Assembly (NCBI GenBank): GCA_964524425.1
Contig: CAZGDA010000001.1
Coordinates: 834-64,833, forward strand
Direction of reading: 5' to 3'
DNA: 64,000 bases
Origin: an uncultured Anaerolineaceae bacterium
Lineage (GTDB): Bacteria; Chloroflexota; Anaerolineae; Anaerolineales; DRKV01
Shown here in pieces: positions 9,494 to 19,904 of this stretch. The position numbers and the translations under genes are program-made. The notes under the pieces are model-generated. The model ran no database searches and was not told the DNA's origin. It saw nothing but the letters and a program-made list of their open reading frames with translations. Every line of letters starts with the position of its first letter. Within the stretch, counting starts at the first letter, position 1.

Positions 9494-10597
9494 ATGTTAG
9501 TATTTGTTTTGCAATGTATTGGGGCGGTTTTCCTGCTGTTCAATAGTGGATGCACAGGCTCACAGCCTGTTGCATCCACTCCGCCCACAGCTAGCCCTTC
9601 TCCCCAGCCAACGCTCCTCATCCCCTCTCCTGTGCCTTCGCCGACACCCACACCGGCGCGGCTGGTTCCTACGGTTGTCCCGCTACAAACGGCTTTGTCC
9701 ATGCAGGCAAAAACAGCCGCGCTTTTGCCTTCTCCCAGTCCCAGTGCTTGCCCAGACGGTGTGTGTTTACAGGACGGGCATTTTCTGCTCTCTTTTCCCT
9801 TGCCGCCCGAAGCGCAATCTGGCGTGGATGCTACGTATCGCTACGGTTTTACCCAGGCAGGCAAACGCCCGCTGCATCACGGGGTGGACTTGAAAGCCGC
9901 CCTGGATACAGCGGTGCTCGCCGCCGCGGATGGTGTCGTCGTGGTTGCTGGAAACGATAGTCAGATCGTATACGGTTTAAAGAACGATTTTTATGGCAAT
10001 CTGGTGATTTTGGAACACAAGTTCCCGGGCGTGCCGACGCCTGTTTACACCCTTTATGGGCATCTCTCAGACGTTATCGCCCGCAACGGACTGCGCGTGC
10101 GGCGCGGACAGGAAATTGGGCGCGTTGGCATGACCGGCGTGGCTATCGGTTACCATGTGCACTTTGAAGTGCGCCAGGGAAGCAATTCTTACGACAGCAC
10201 GCGCAATCCGGAGTTGTGGCTCATCCCGCCTCTGGACGAGAAAGGCGAGCAGAGCGGCGTTTTTGCCGGGCGGATTATAGACGAACATGGACAACCCATG
10301 CGCATCGCAAAAGTGGTGTTGGATGGGGAAGAACCTGGCGATGGCGCGCCGGTTTACCTGAACACGTACGACGACCCACCCATTCCGCATAAAACCGGCA
10401 GCCGGGATGATTCGTTTCTCATGCCCTACACCAGCAAAACTTTGGGCAGGGAAGACGATTGGCAGGAAGATTTTTGCCTGGGCGGTTTACCCCCTGGTAA
10501 ATATCGTTTCTCTTTCACCTCCCAAATTGTGTTTAACCAAATTGTTGAAATTAAGCCCGGTAAACTGACCTTTATCACCGTAAAAACAAATTATTGA
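9494..10597 (+). CDS. M23 (LytM-type) peptidase lipoprotein
   Basis: Lipobox LFNSGC; Pro-rich linker; HHGVDL and GYHVHFEV M23 zinc motifs. Confidence 0.8.
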   Translation: MLVFVLQCIGAVFLLFNSGCTGSQPVASTPPTASPSPQPTLLIPSPVPSPTPTPARLVPTVVPLQTALSMQAKTAALLPSPSPSACPDGVCLQDGHFLLSFPLPPEAQSGVDATYRYGFTQAGKRPLHHGVDLKAALDTAVLAAADGVVVVAGNDSQIVYGLKNDFYGNLVILEHKFPGVPTPVYTLYGHLSDVIARNGLRVRRGQEIGRVGMTGVAIGYHVHFEVRQGSNSYDSTRNPELWLIPPLDEKGEQSGVFAGRIIDEHGQPMRIAKVVLDGEEPGDGAPVYLNTYDDPPIPHKTGSRDDSFLMPYTSKTLGREDDWQEDFCLGGLPPGKYRFSFTSQIVFNQIVEIKPGKLTFITVKTNY

Positions 10598-10630
10598 CAA
10601 CTTCCCACGCTTTAGGAGAGGAGAATTGAT

Positions 10631-11185
10631 ATGGGACTTAAACCTGACCATTGGATACGAAAAATGGCGCTCGAACATAAAATGATTGAACCGTTTGAAT
10701 CGGCGCAGGTGCGCGAGGGCGTCATCTCTTATGGCGTCTCCTCTTATGGGTATGACGTGCGTGTGGCGGACGAATTTAAAATTTTTACCAACGTTTATTC
10801 CAGCGTGGTTGACCCCAAACATTTCGATACACGTTCGATGATAGATTTCCAGGGAGAGGTGTGCATCATCCCGCCCAATTCGTTTGCCCTGGCGCGCACG
10901 GTGGAATATTTCCGCATCCCGCGCACGGTGCAGGTAACTTGCCTGGGGAAGAGCACCTACGCTCGCTGCGGGATCGTGGTCAACGTTACGCCATTGGAAC
11001 CGGAATGGGAAGGGTTTGTTACCCTGGAAATCTCTAACACCACGCCCCTGCCGGCGAAGATTTACGCCAACGAAGGTCTGGCGCAGATGCTCTTCTTTGA
11101 GGCGGACGCAGTTTGTGAAATATCCTACGCGGACAAGAAGGGCAAATACCAAGGGCAGCGTTCCATCGTGTTGCCGAAAATATAA
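10631..11185 (+). CDS. dcd: dCTP deaminase
   Basis: 184 aa; SSYGYDVR and trimeric dUTPase-superfamily pattern (VTLEISN...[14 protein letters not shown]). Confidence 0.85.
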   Translation: MGLKPDHWIRKMALEHKMIEPFESAQVREGVISYGVSSYGYDVRVADEFKIFTNVYSSVVDPKHFDTRSMIDFQGEVCIIPPNSFALARTVEYFRIPRTVQVTCLGKSTYARCGIVVNVTPLEPEWEGFVTLEISNTTPLPAKIYANEGLAQMLFFEADAVCEISYADKKGKYQGQRSIVLPKI

Positions 11186-11224
11186 TCAATGTATCCAAAA
11201 GTAGAGTGGGGAGGAGGAAAGAAG

Positions 11225-12184
11225 ATGAAAATATTAATCACCGGCGCGGCTGGTTTTTTAGGTTCGCATCTGTGCGACCGGCTGCTGGCAGAGGGACACG
11301 AGATCATCGGCATGGATAATTTCGTTACTGGTAACCCGGAAAACCTGGCGCACCTTGCCGGACGGGACGGTTTTTCCTTCACTCGCCAGGACGTTTCCAA
11401 TTTTATTTTTGTGCCTAAAAACGTGGATGCGGTGATGCACTTTGCTTCACCTGCCAGCCCAAACATGGACAGCCCCTACGGCTACCCAAATCTGCCCATT
11501 CAGACGCTCAAGGCGGGTGCTCTGGGCACGCACAACACGCTGGGGGTTGCCCGCGCCCACAAGGCGCGCTTTATCCTGGCATCCACCAGCGAGATATACG
11601 GCGACCCGCAGGTTCACCCGCAGGTCGAGTCGTACGTCGGGCACGTCAACCCGATTGGGGCGCGCTCGGTGTACGACGAAGCGAAACGGTACGCGGAAGC
11701 CCTGACGATGGCGTATCATCGCTTTCACGGCATCAACACACACATCGTGCGCATCTTTAACACCTTTGGACCACGCATGCGCCTGGACGACGGGCGGGTG
11801 GTGCCCAATTTCATCCAGCAGGCGTTGCTGCGAAAACCGCTCACCATTTACGGGGACGGCTCGCAGACGCGCAGCTTTTGTTACGTGGACGATTTGATAG
11901 AAGGCATCTACCGCTTATTGCTCTCGGAGGAGCACGAGCCGGTGAACATTGGCAACCCCAACGAAATCAGTATGCTGCAACTGGCGGAGACGGTCAACCA
12001 GCTGACGGGCAACCCGGCGGGAATTGAGTACAAGCCGCGCCATCGCGGTGAGGGGGACCCACAGCGCCGCCAGCCCGACATCAGTAAAGCCCGCCGCCTG
12101 TTGGAATGGGAACCCAGAGTACCCCTGGAGGAAGGCTTGGAAAAGACCATCTCTAATTTTCGGGAGAGACTAAACCTGGCATGA
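11225..12184 (+). CDS. UDP-glucuronate decarboxylase / UDP-xylose synthase-type SDR
   Basis: [16 protein letters not shown] Rossmann start after a GGAGGAGGA SD; YDEAKRYAE (YxxxK); UXS-like IYGDP...HPQ segment. Confidence 0.8.
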   Translation: MKILITGAAGFLGSHLCDRLLAEGHEIIGMDNFVTGNPENLAHLAGRDGFSFTRQDVSNFIFVPKNVDAVMHFASPASPNMDSPYGYPNLPIQTLKAGALGTHNTLGVARAHKARFILASTSEIYGDPQVHPQVESYVGHVNPIGARSVYDEAKRYAEALTMAYHRFHGINTHIVRIFNTFGPRMRLDDGRVVPNFIQQALLRKPLTIYGDGSQTRSFCYVDDLIEGIYRLLLSEEHEPVNIGNPNEISMLQLAETVNQLTGNPAGIEYKPRHRGEGDPQRRQPDISKARRLLEWEPRVPLEEGLEKTISNFRERLNLA

Positions 12185-12639
12185 TTCTGACCAACCCGCG
12201 CGAACGTTCCCGCTTTTTACGTTTTGCTGTTGTGGGTGCAATTGGTGCACTGGTGGATTTCGGCGTGATGAACCTACTCGTTCATCAACTGGGAGCAGCT
12301 GTGGTGGTGGGAGGTACGATTTCCTTCATCGCCGCGGTTACCAGCAATTTCCTGTGGAACCGCTACTGGACGTATCCCGATTCGCGGTCCAAGCCGGTGG
12401 CGCGCCAGTTCAGCGAGTTTGCTTTTATCAATGCCATTGGATTGGTGATTCGCGTGCCCATTTTGGCGTTTCTCGATCCGTTGCTGCGCAATATTTTCAG
12501 CGCCTTGCCTTTTCGTATTCCGTTGCTCACTCCTATCGCTCTGGCAGATAACCTGACCCTGGCGCTGGCGGTGGGGATTGTCATGTTCTGGAATTTCTTT
12601 GCCAACCGCTACTGGACTTACGCGGACGTTGAATCCTAA
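12181..12639 (+). CDS. GtrA-family membrane protein
   Basis: [24 protein letters not shown]; 4 TM; start overlaps the upstream stop (ATGA). Confidence 0.75.
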   Translation: MILTNPRERSRFLRFAVVGAIGALVDFGVMNLLVHQLGAAVVVGGTISFIAAVTSNFLWNRYWTYPDSRSKPVARQFSEFAFINAIGLVIRVPILAFLDPLLRNIFSALPFRIPLLTPIALADNLTLALAVGIVMFWNFFANRYWTYADVES

Positions 12640-12674
12640 ACAAGGCATGGTAAACAGGTTGTGTGATTTGCAAT

Positions 12675-12705
12675 AAAAAGGGCTGCCGAAAATGGCAGCC
12701 CTTCC
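12675..12705. terminator. Bidirectional intrinsic terminator between convergent genes
   Basis: GGGCTGCC / GGCAGCCC 8-bp GC stem (12680-12687 / 12694-12701), flanked by an A-run on the + strand (a T-run for the minus gene) and CTTCCTTCTT. Confidence 0.55.
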
Positions 12706-12728
12706 TTCTTCATACGGATGAATTCATT

Positions 12729-14348
12729 CTACACAACAGGCAAAACCCACTCGCCATTCACCAGCGTCCCGCGCACTTGTAGGGAATGCAGATCCTGGGC
12801 GTCCATTTCAAACGGGTCTTGTTCTAGGACGATGAGGTCAGCGTAAAACCCCGGGCTGAGCATTCCCAGGCGGTCTTCCATCCCGGCTGCGAAGGCTGCT
12901 GCGGTGGTGTAGGCGTGCAGGGCGTACGTCAGGCTCAAGCGCTGTTCGGCATACCAGCCCTCTTTGCCGGGAGAGCCGTCCATACGCCGCCGCGTAACCG
13001 CGGCGTGCAATCCCCAAAACGGGTTGGGAGATTCTACCGGCGCGTCTGAACCGAAGACGAGCAGCGCGCCAGCCTGGCGTTGTGATTGCCAGGCGTAGGA
13101 GAGCGCGGCGCGTTGCCCCCAGTACCGTTCGGCGATTTCCATGTCCGAAGTGGCGTGAACGGGCTGCATGGAAGCGATCACGCCCAGCCGCGCTGGACGG
13201 TCCACGTCCTGGGTGTGCAGCAACTGTAAATGCTCAATACGGTGGCGCAGGGCGGGCAGTCCCTGGGTGCGCTCGTAAGATCGTAATTGCTCGAAGGCGT
13301 TTAACGCCTCGTGAGTGGCGCGGTCACCGATGGCGTGTACCGCCATGCTCAAGCCGCACTGGGCTGCCTTTTTCCCATGTTCAAAGAGTTGTTCCCCGTC
13401 CATCAACAGCATGCCTTTGTTGTTCGTCGCTTGCTCAAAAGGCTCCAGCATGGCAGCCGTCTGGGGACCCAGCGCGCCGTCCATGAAGGCTTTCACCGAA
13501 CCAATGCGCAGGAAATCGTCGCCGAAACCGCCGCGCAGCCCCAGCCCAACGGCGTGATCGAGCAAGTCCAGTGGCACGTCTTGCAACACGCGCAGGCGCA
13601 GTTTGCCAGCGCAGTGGATAGCCTGCAAGGCGCTGAAACAACGTCCGCCGTCAAAATTATGCACGCCAGTGATCCCCATTTTCCACAGGCTTGTCTGGGC
13701 GTCCAATAGGGCGGCGTTTAATTCGTCTGGGGATGGCGCAGGAATGCGACTCAGAATCAACTCAGAAGCGTCTTCCAACAAAATCCCGCTCAGGTTACCC
13801 TGCGCATCGAGAGGAATCATCGGGTTATGCTGAGCGTTTTTGGCGTTGATGCCTGCCATTTGTAACGCCAGGCTGTTTGCCCAGGCGGCGTGCAGAGATT
13901 TTGCCGTCAGCAAGATAGGATGGGTACGGCTGATGGCGTCCAGGTCTGCTGCGCAAGGAAAGGCTCCGCCTTCCCAGACGTTTTGATTCCAGCCGTGTCC
14001 CAGCACCCATTTGCCTGGCGGTGTACTGCGCAGACGATCTGTCACGCGCCGCAGGCATTCGGCTTTGGTGGGTGTTTCACAGTCCACCTTTTGCAAGCCG
14101 CGTCCATAATATTCCAGGTGAATGTGCGCGTCGGTCAAACCGGGCAGGATGACCAATCCATCCATATCCTGCGCGCTGGCGCGGGAAGGGAAAGCAGTTA
14201 ACACCTGCTCGTCGGTTCCCAGTGCTACGATGCGTCCGTTACGAAAAGCCAGCGCATTTACGAGCGGCTGTTTTACGTCTTGCGTGTGGATTTTTGCGTT
14301 GTATAGTACGTGTACCTTATCAAAATTGTTATATGAAGTGAGAGTCAT
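12729..14348 (-). CDS. Amidohydrolase-3 family metal-dependent hydrolase
   Basis: 539 aa; LPGLTDAHIHL, HAIGD and GSDAPVE metal-ligand motifs. Confidence 0.8.
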   Translation of the reverse strand: MTLTSYNNFDKVHVLYNAKIHTQDVKQPLVNALAFRNGRIVALGTDEQVLTAFPSRASAQDMDGLVILPGLTDAHIHLEYYGRGLQKVDCETPTKAECLRRVTDRLRSTPPGKWVLGHGWNQNVWEGGAFPCAADLDAISRTHPILLTAKSLHAAWANSLALQMAGINAKNAQHNPMIPLDAQGNLSGILLEDASELILSRIPAPSPDELNAALLDAQTSLWKMGITGVHNFDGGRCFSALQAIHCAGKLRLRVLQDVPLDLLDHAVGLGLRGGFGDDFLRIGSVKAFMDGALGPQTAAMLEPFEQATNNKGMLLMDGEQLFEHGKKAAQCGLSMAVHAIGDRATHEALNAFEQLRSYERTQGLPALRHRIEHLQLLHTQDVDRPARLGVIASMQPVHATSDMEIAERYWGQRAALSYAWQSQRQAGALLVFGSDAPVESPNPFWGLHAAVTRRRMDGSPGKEGWYAEQRLSLTYALHAYTTAAAFAAGMEDRLGMLSPGFYADLIVLEQDPFEMDAQDLHSLQVRGTLVNGEWVLPVV

Positions 14349-14380
14349 AGTGAAATCCTTTCTTGATTAAGTGCGCCTCT

Positions 14381-15403
14381 CTAGGCAGCGCACATCCAGA
14401 TCAACGTGTTGTGGGCGTGAAAACCCGCTCTTTGCAGAATATCAACTGCCAAGCCGTCAGGGTAATCTAAAGCCAGGGGGCGGTGCCGCGAAAAGCGTTC
14501 CTGCGCATAGCCTAACAAAGCGTCAATTGCCCGTTCTTGCACTTGCGGATTCACAGCCAGCCAAAGATAATCGGCGTAATAATTGGTTGGCTGCCAGGTG
14601 ATGCAACCTAATAATTCGCCTGCCTGCAGCGCCGACCACTGCCGTAAGTAAAGTTCGCTCAACAAACCGTATAGAGCGTTGAAAATCCCAGGCTTGATGG
14701 AATTGAGATGCACAGGGAAATACCAGCTCATGGCTGGGGGATAAGCCTGGTTGAACCAAATTTTATGCTTCTGCCAATGGCGGTTGCGGCGGGGTTCGAT
14801 GACGATTGCAGCCGAGCTGGAATGGGTTACGTGGCTGCGTTCTTGCAGAGAGCTATGCCAGGTGGTGCGTCGAAATCGTTCTTTAAAGCCCAGGGAAAGA
14901 TATAAGTCAAGCGCAGCCTGGTTTTCCTGGCGCACGTGCAGCCAGGGCGCCACAGCGCTGTGATTGTTTACCGCTTGCATGGCTGTTTGCGTGAGCGCTT
15001 TGGCGATCCCGCACCGGCGATACTCTGGATGCACAGCGACGTTGGCGATCAGATACGTCTTTTCGCCCCAGCCAAACAGGGATTGTGTGCAGGCGATCAG
15101 GCTGAGATTTCCGATAACCTTGCCGTTTTCTTCCCACACGTATCCAGAGGGGATGTTTCCATCCTGCCAGTTGGTCTGCATCATCCAGTTCCAATAACCC
15201 GGATTGCGGGCGGTGTAGCGCAGACGGCTGATGTACTGGCGACCATCTGCGTCCAGGGTCTCGGCAAAACAAAGTTCAATTAGACCAGCCACGGCTTCCA
15301 GGTCGCGAGTGACGTCCAATGGGCGCACACGCCCCGACGTAACCGAACGCGGAAATGGTAAAGATACAGTCGCCATATTTGCTAAGTCTATCACGAAAGG
15401 CAC
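14381..15403 (-). CDS. GNAT-family N-acetyltransferase (two-lobed, 340 aa)
   Basis: VAVHPEYRRCGIAKALT acetyl-CoA motif A; 32 nt upstream of the amidohydrolase on the same strand. Confidence 0.65.
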   Translation of the reverse strand: MPFVIDLANMATVSLPFPRSVTSGRVRPLDVTRDLEAVAGLIELCFAETLDADGRQYISRLRYTARNPGYWNWMMQTNWQDGNIPSGYVWEENGKVIGNLSLIACTQSLFGWGEKTYLIANVAVHPEYRRCGIAKALTQTAMQAVNNHSAVAPWLHVRQENQAALDLYLSLGFKERFRRTTWHSSLQERSHVTHSSSAAIVIEPRRNRHWQKHKIWFNQAYPPAMSWYFPVHLNSIKPGIFNALYGLLSELYLRQWSALQAGELLGCITWQPTNYYADYLWLAVNPQVQERAIDALLGYAQERFSRHRPLALDYPDGLAVDILQRAGFHAHNTLIWMCAA

Positions 15404-15433
15404 CAGGCGGGTAGATGAATCTTTTTCTTCTTA

Positions 15434-15442
15434 TGATATACT
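15434..15442 (+). promoter_or_regulatory. Extended -10 element
   Basis: TGaTATACT about 40 nt upstream of ATG 15481, followed by a GGAGG SD. Confidence 0.35.
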
Positions 15443-15480
15443 ACAAGTAAGGTCTTAATTCGTGAAATAAGGAGGTAAGC

Positions 15481-16827
15481 ATGGGTTTCCGTGGTATTTC
15501 TACTCTATTATTATCTGCGTGGATGGGATTAACTTCGCTGGTAATTACGCCTCCCCAACCACCACTCCCTGGGGCAGGTGATTTGGGCACGACTTACGCT
15601 CACCTGGATGCCACTGCACTGCTCATTGGAAAAAACTACGACGATATCCCCCTGCAAGGACAAGCCTTGCGGATGGTTAAACCAGAAGGGAAGATCAGTT
15701 ACCTGGTGTGGGAGGGACAGGCGGAGAAATCTCAAGCGGGTGTGGAACCATCCATAAACGGCGGGATCAATCAAAAAGGACTGGTGGTATTTTACAGCGC
15801 CGCACCACTGGGGACGAACAACAATCATAGTGCTATCGTGGCGCGCCTTCTGGAGAATTGCGACAGCGTGGCTTGTGTGCAGGAGAAGGCAACCGACCTG
15901 TTTCAAGAGGCGGGCACTGCGTTCTTAATCCTGGGAGATGCACACAAAATTGCCCAGGTGGAGATCGCTCCCGACGGCAAATACACAATCACCGCAAAAG
16001 AAAAAGGCAGCCTGTATCATACCAATCATTATCTTACGGAAGATTATGAAAAATATAATCAGGGTGTCTCGGAAAGTTCACTGAAGCGCTATGCGCGCAT
16101 TCAAAGCATAATGGAGGATAAAAAAGCACGCTTCAGCGCCGACGCGCTGCGAAAAATTAGTTTTGATCATTCCGATGGCCCCAATAACAGCCTGTACCGC
16201 ACGGGCACGCTGTGCAATCCCCTGCGCACGATCGGTCATCTGACGTTTGAGGTTAAGAAAAATCAACCTCCGAGATTGTACGGATGGCTGCGCGATATGC
16301 TGGCGGATAACCGCAAACTGGACATCAAGCTAAACGACGCCTTCTGGCAGAAACCGGAGGGTGTGGTCAGTCCGGCATCGAAACCTTTCCAGTGTGGAAA
16401 GGAGACAGCCAACCAGACGCGCCTGGCGCTTACGGATGACGCCACCATCCGTTACGGAGATACAAAAGGCGTACAGTATTGCCTGAACAATTACGCCGCA
16501 GACCAGCGATACGATCTTTACTTGTGGATCAAGTTTGCCGGTACGGATACCCTGCGTTATTTAAAACTGAAGGGAGAGAACTCGCAAACTGCGCTCTACG
16601 AGCTTTCTCCTGTGCCTTATTGTAAAGACGTTCCTGTTCTTGACCAGGAAGGCATTGTGATGCTGCCCCAGTTTGTGGTTGGAATGCCGACGGGGGAGTA
16701 TACGATTTTTGCCGTGCCTGTGCTGGCAGGCAATGACGTGAAGAACAGCGCCAATTGGGTGGGAGATTTGCAAAAAGTGAAATTTTCCCTGCTGTCCTCT
16801 GACGCACCACCGAGCGGTTTGGAGTGA
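15481..16827 (+). CDS. Secreted protein, N-terminal Ntn-hydrolase-like (C45/C59-like) region plus unknown C-terminal domain
   Basis: Signal-like N-terminus; IGKNYDD and GGINQKGLVV resemble the GRNxD and GxNEKGL motifs of choloylglycine-hydrolase/C45 proteins (recalled from memory). Confidence 0.45.
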   Translation: MGFRGISTLLLSAWMGLTSLVITPPQPPLPGAGDLGTTYAHLDATALLIGKNYDDIPLQGQALRMVKPEGKISYLVWEGQAEKSQAGVEPSINGGINQKGLVVFYSAAPLGTNNNHSAIVARLLENCDSVACVQEKATDLFQEAGTAFLILGDAHKIAQVEIAPDGKYTITAKEKGSLYHTNHYLTEDYEKYNQGVSESSLKRYARIQSIMEDKKARFSADALRKISFDHSDGPNNSLYRTGTLCNPLRTIGHLTFEVKKNQPPRLYGWLRDMLADNRKLDIKLNDAFWQKPEGVVSPASKPFQCGKETANQTRLALTDDATIRYGDTKGVQYCLNNYAADQRYDLYLWIKFAGTDTLRYLKLKGENSQTALYELSPVPYCKDVPVLDQEGIVMLPQFVVGMPTGEYTIFAVPVLAGNDVKNSANWVGDLQKVKFSLLSSDAPPSGLE

Positions 16828-16832
16828 TTGCG

Positions 16833-16841
16833 TGTTACAAT
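16833..16841 (+). promoter_or_regulatory. Extended -10 element
   Basis: TGtTACAAT about 55 nt upstream of ATG 16896. Confidence 0.35.
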
Positions 16842-16895
16842 AGAAAATGGATTTAATAAGAAATCGAGGAGGTAGTTAGCTTCATAGAATTCACT

Positions 16896-18449
16896 ATGAA
16901 TTTTGACATCAGAACTCTGATTCTCTTGAATTTCATCGTCAACGTAATCAACGTTGGTACGATGGCAATTATCTGGGTCCAGTATCGTAAAAGATTTGCC
17001 GGGTTATCTTTTTGGCTGGTCAACATGCTTTGCCATGCAATTGGAATCGGCTTGATTCTCATGCGCGGCGTGATTGCAGATTTTTTCGCCATAGTGCTTT
17101 CAAACACACTGCTTTTGTGCGGTTCCATTTTTATCTTAATCGGATTGGAACGCTTCGTGGGGCAAAGAGGACGGCAATTCCACAACTATGCTCTCTTGGC
17201 AGTCTACGTCTGTTTAACTACGTATTTTTACGCGGTGCAACCCGACATGACGATGCGCGAAATCATTATGTCGGCGATGATCATTCTCTTTTATTCACAA
17301 ATATTTTGGCTCTTACGGTACAAAGTGCCGCCTGGGTTACACCAGATCACGCGCATTCCTGGTCTGGTGATAAGCGGGTACGTCGTCGTCAGCCTGGTAA
17401 GAATGGTTCTGCTGATCGTTTTTCCGCTGAAAACCAGCGATTTCTTTAAATCTGGGTTTGCTGACTCGATGGCGGTTACTATGTATTTATCCCTGCACAT
17501 CTGTTTGATGATCGCCCTGGTATTAATGGTAACCAAACGGCTGCTCGGTGAGGTTCAGGCGCAGGAGGAGAAATTCACCAAGGCGTTTCATTCCTCTCCG
17601 TACGCAATCATGCTAACCAGAACGTCTGACGGAAAAATATTTGAGGTCAACGACGGCTTTGTAAATATTACCGGGTATCAATATGCAGAAGCTGTTGGGA
17701 AAACGACGCTTGATTTGCGTCTTTGGGCGAAGGAGGAAAATCGCGCCGAGGTGATTCAACAATTGTCCCTGAATCAGAAAATGCAGGGAGTCGAGATTCA
17801 AATCCGGAAAAGGACGGGGGAATTGATAACGGGATTATTTTCGGCGGACGTTATCGAGATCAACAACGAAAAATATATCTTGTCCAGCATCAGCGACATT
17901 ACTGAACTAAGCCAGGTGAAGCAGAAACTGCACGACATGGCAACGCACGACGCCCTCACCGGTCTGCCAAACCGCACATTGTTCTACGATAGATTTGACG
18001 TCGCACACGCGAACGCACAACGCAACGCCAAGAAGCTCGCCGTTATGTCACTTGATCTCGATAAGTTTAAAAGCATCAACGACAGATTTGGACACGCAGT
18101 TGGAGATGCGGTTTTAATAGAAACTGCAAAACGATTGGTGCACTCTTTGCGGAAAGTTGACACCGTAGCGCGCTTCGGCGGGGACGAATTTGTGGTCTTG
18201 CTTTGGGAAGTTGAACAGAAAGACGACGCTATCAACGTGGCGCACAAGATAGTAGAAGAATTTCAACGAGCATTGCCTGTGGATGAACACGAGCTTGTAC
18301 TTACTACCAGTATAGGGATTGCACTGTATCCTGAGGATGGTACAGATGCGCAAACTTTGCTAACGAAATCGGACGAAGCCTTATACTACATAAAGGAACA
18401 CGGCAAGAACAATTACCTCCTTTACGGTGACATGATTGGCAGTACCTGA
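16896..18449 (+). CDS. Membrane-bound PAS-GGDEF diguanylate cyclase
   Basis: About 7 N-terminal TM helices; PAS-like segment (FHSSPYAIMLTR...); GGDEF domain with RFGGDEFVVLL. Confidence 0.85.
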   Translation: MNFDIRTLILLNFIVNVINVGTMAIIWVQYRKRFAGLSFWLVNMLCHAIGIGLILMRGVIADFFAIVLSNTLLLCGSIFILIGLERFVGQRGRQFHNYALLAVYVCLTTYFYAVQPDMTMREIIMSAMIILFYSQIFWLLRYKVPPGLHQITRIPGLVISGYVVVSLVRMVLLIVFPLKTSDFFKSGFADSMAVTMYLSLHICLMIALVLMVTKRLLGEVQAQEEKFTKAFHSSPYAIMLTRTSDGKIFEVNDGFVNITGYQYAEAVGKTTLDLRLWAKEENRAEVIQQLSLNQKMQGVEIQIRKRTGELITGLFSADVIEINNEKYILSSISDITELSQVKQKLHDMATHDALTGLPNRTLFYDRFDVAHANAQRNAKKLAVMSLDLDKFKSINDRFGHAVGDAVLIETAKRLVHSLRKVDTVARFGGDEFVVLLWEVEQKDDAINVAHKIVEEFQRALPVDEHELVLTTSIGIALYPEDGTDAQTLLTKSDEALYYIKEHGKNNYLLYGDMIGST

Positions 18450-18606
18450 CGAAGTTAACCGGGACGGATGCATCGCTATCCCCTTGCGGAAAGACGGATT
18501 TTATCAACTCCCCAAAAAACACAGCCTGAACGAATGCGTGGCACTATAATTGCACGGTAGTTCTTAACCGTAAATTCGCGCGGGACGAATTTCGGAAAGG
18601 TGTGTT

Positions 18607-19887
18607 ATGACGCGAAAATCCTGGTTTACTCGCTTGAGTGGATTTCTGATACTGGCGGTGGTCTTATGCGCCTGCACGGGCGGGCAAAGCGCCGCGCCCA
18701 CTCCCCAAACGCAGGCGGGGGTCAAAGCAGACCCGGCGCTGATGACCGAGGCGTTGGTTACGTTTAAAGTGGAGGTGCCGGCTGATTCGCCAGGCGGCGA
18801 GGGCGTCTCCCTCATGCTGTTAGATGAAGTAACCGGTTTGGGCTTAAACCCGCAGCGTTATACAATGCGTCCTAGCGGTTTGACTCATTTTATCGCCAGC
18901 ATTCCCATTCCAATTGGTTCAATCATCCGCTATCGTTTCGTGCGCACGGGGATGTCCCTTGCAGAAGAGCAGACTTCGGACGGCAAACCGGTGCGTTATC
19001 GCCTCTTTCGTGTGGACGGTCCCAGTGTGATAACGGATCTGGTCAGCCGTTGGGCGGACACTCCCCCCAACGCTGCGACAGGTACGGTGCAGGGTGTAAT
19101 CGGCGACTCAGCTAACGGGAAGGGAGTCGGCGGCATTTTGGTCGTTTGCGGCGGGGCACACACGCTGACCGCCAAAGACGGTTCTTTTTCTTTCAGCGGT
19201 TTGGTTGCCGGATTGCACAATCTGGTGGCTTATGCCAGGGATGGGAAATACCAAACTGCCCAACAGGGGGTGTTGGTGGGCGAAAACATGCTTACGGAGG
19301 TTGCGCTTTCTTTGCAACGCGTCCCCACGGTCAGCATTGTTTTCAACGTAACGGTTCCCCCGGGCATGGATGAGACAGCTCGGTTGCGCATAGCCGGAAA
19401 TTTACAACAGCTTGGCAACACCTTCAGCGACCTGCCCGGCGGCGTCAGCGTGCAGGTCTCGCGCATGCCGGAACTGATTCGAGTGGACAACCAACATTAC
19501 GCCATCGCCCTAGACCTGCCTGTTGGCGCAGACGTGCGCTATAAATATACCCTGGGAGACAGCTTCTGGAATGCGGAGCGCGGCGCCAACCAACGCCTGC
19601 GCGTGCGCCAGCTCGTTGTTCCAAGCCAGGGGAAAATGATCCAAGACGAGGTAATCACCTGGAGCGACAGTCAGAAGACTCCCATGAACTTTGAGATTAC
19701 CACTCCAGAGGGCAGCGCAGGCATCACGATTCAATTCTATGCGTTGGGATGGACGCAGCCTATTCCAGCCTGGGGGCAGGATGGAAAGCGCTGGACGTAT
19801 ACCTTGTATAACCCGTTGAATCTGGTCGGCAGCGATTTTAAACACCGCTTCTGCCGCGCTGGGGAATGCGCCGGCGAAGCGCAGTAG
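18607..19887 (+). CDS. Hypothetical lipoprotein with carboxypeptidase-regulatory-like beta-sandwich segment
   Basis: Lipobox AVVLCAC; GTVQGVI...TAKDGSFSFSGLVAGLHNLVAY pattern; otherwise unassigned. Confidence 0.55.
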   Translation: MTRKSWFTRLSGFLILAVVLCACTGGQSAAPTPQTQAGVKADPALMTEALVTFKVEVPADSPGGEGVSLMLLDEVTGLGLNPQRYTMRPSGLTHFIASIPIPIGSIIRYRFVRTGMSLAEEQTSDGKPVRYRLFRVDGPSVITDLVSRWADTPPNAATGTVQGVIGDSANGKGVGGILVVCGGAHTLTAKDGSFSFSGLVAGLHNLVAYARDGKYQTAQQGVLVGENMLTEVALSLQRVPTVSIVFNVTVPPGMDETARLRIAGNLQQLGNTFSDLPGGVSVQVSRMPELIRVDNQHYAIALDLPVGADVRYKYTLGDSFWNAERGANQRLRVRQLVVPSQGKMIQDEVITWSDSQKTPMNFEITTPEGSAGITIQFYALGWTQPIPAWGQDGKRWTYTLYNPLNLVGSDFKHRFCRAGECAGEAQ

Positions 19888-19904
19888 GTTTTCTGTATGA
19901 TAGC

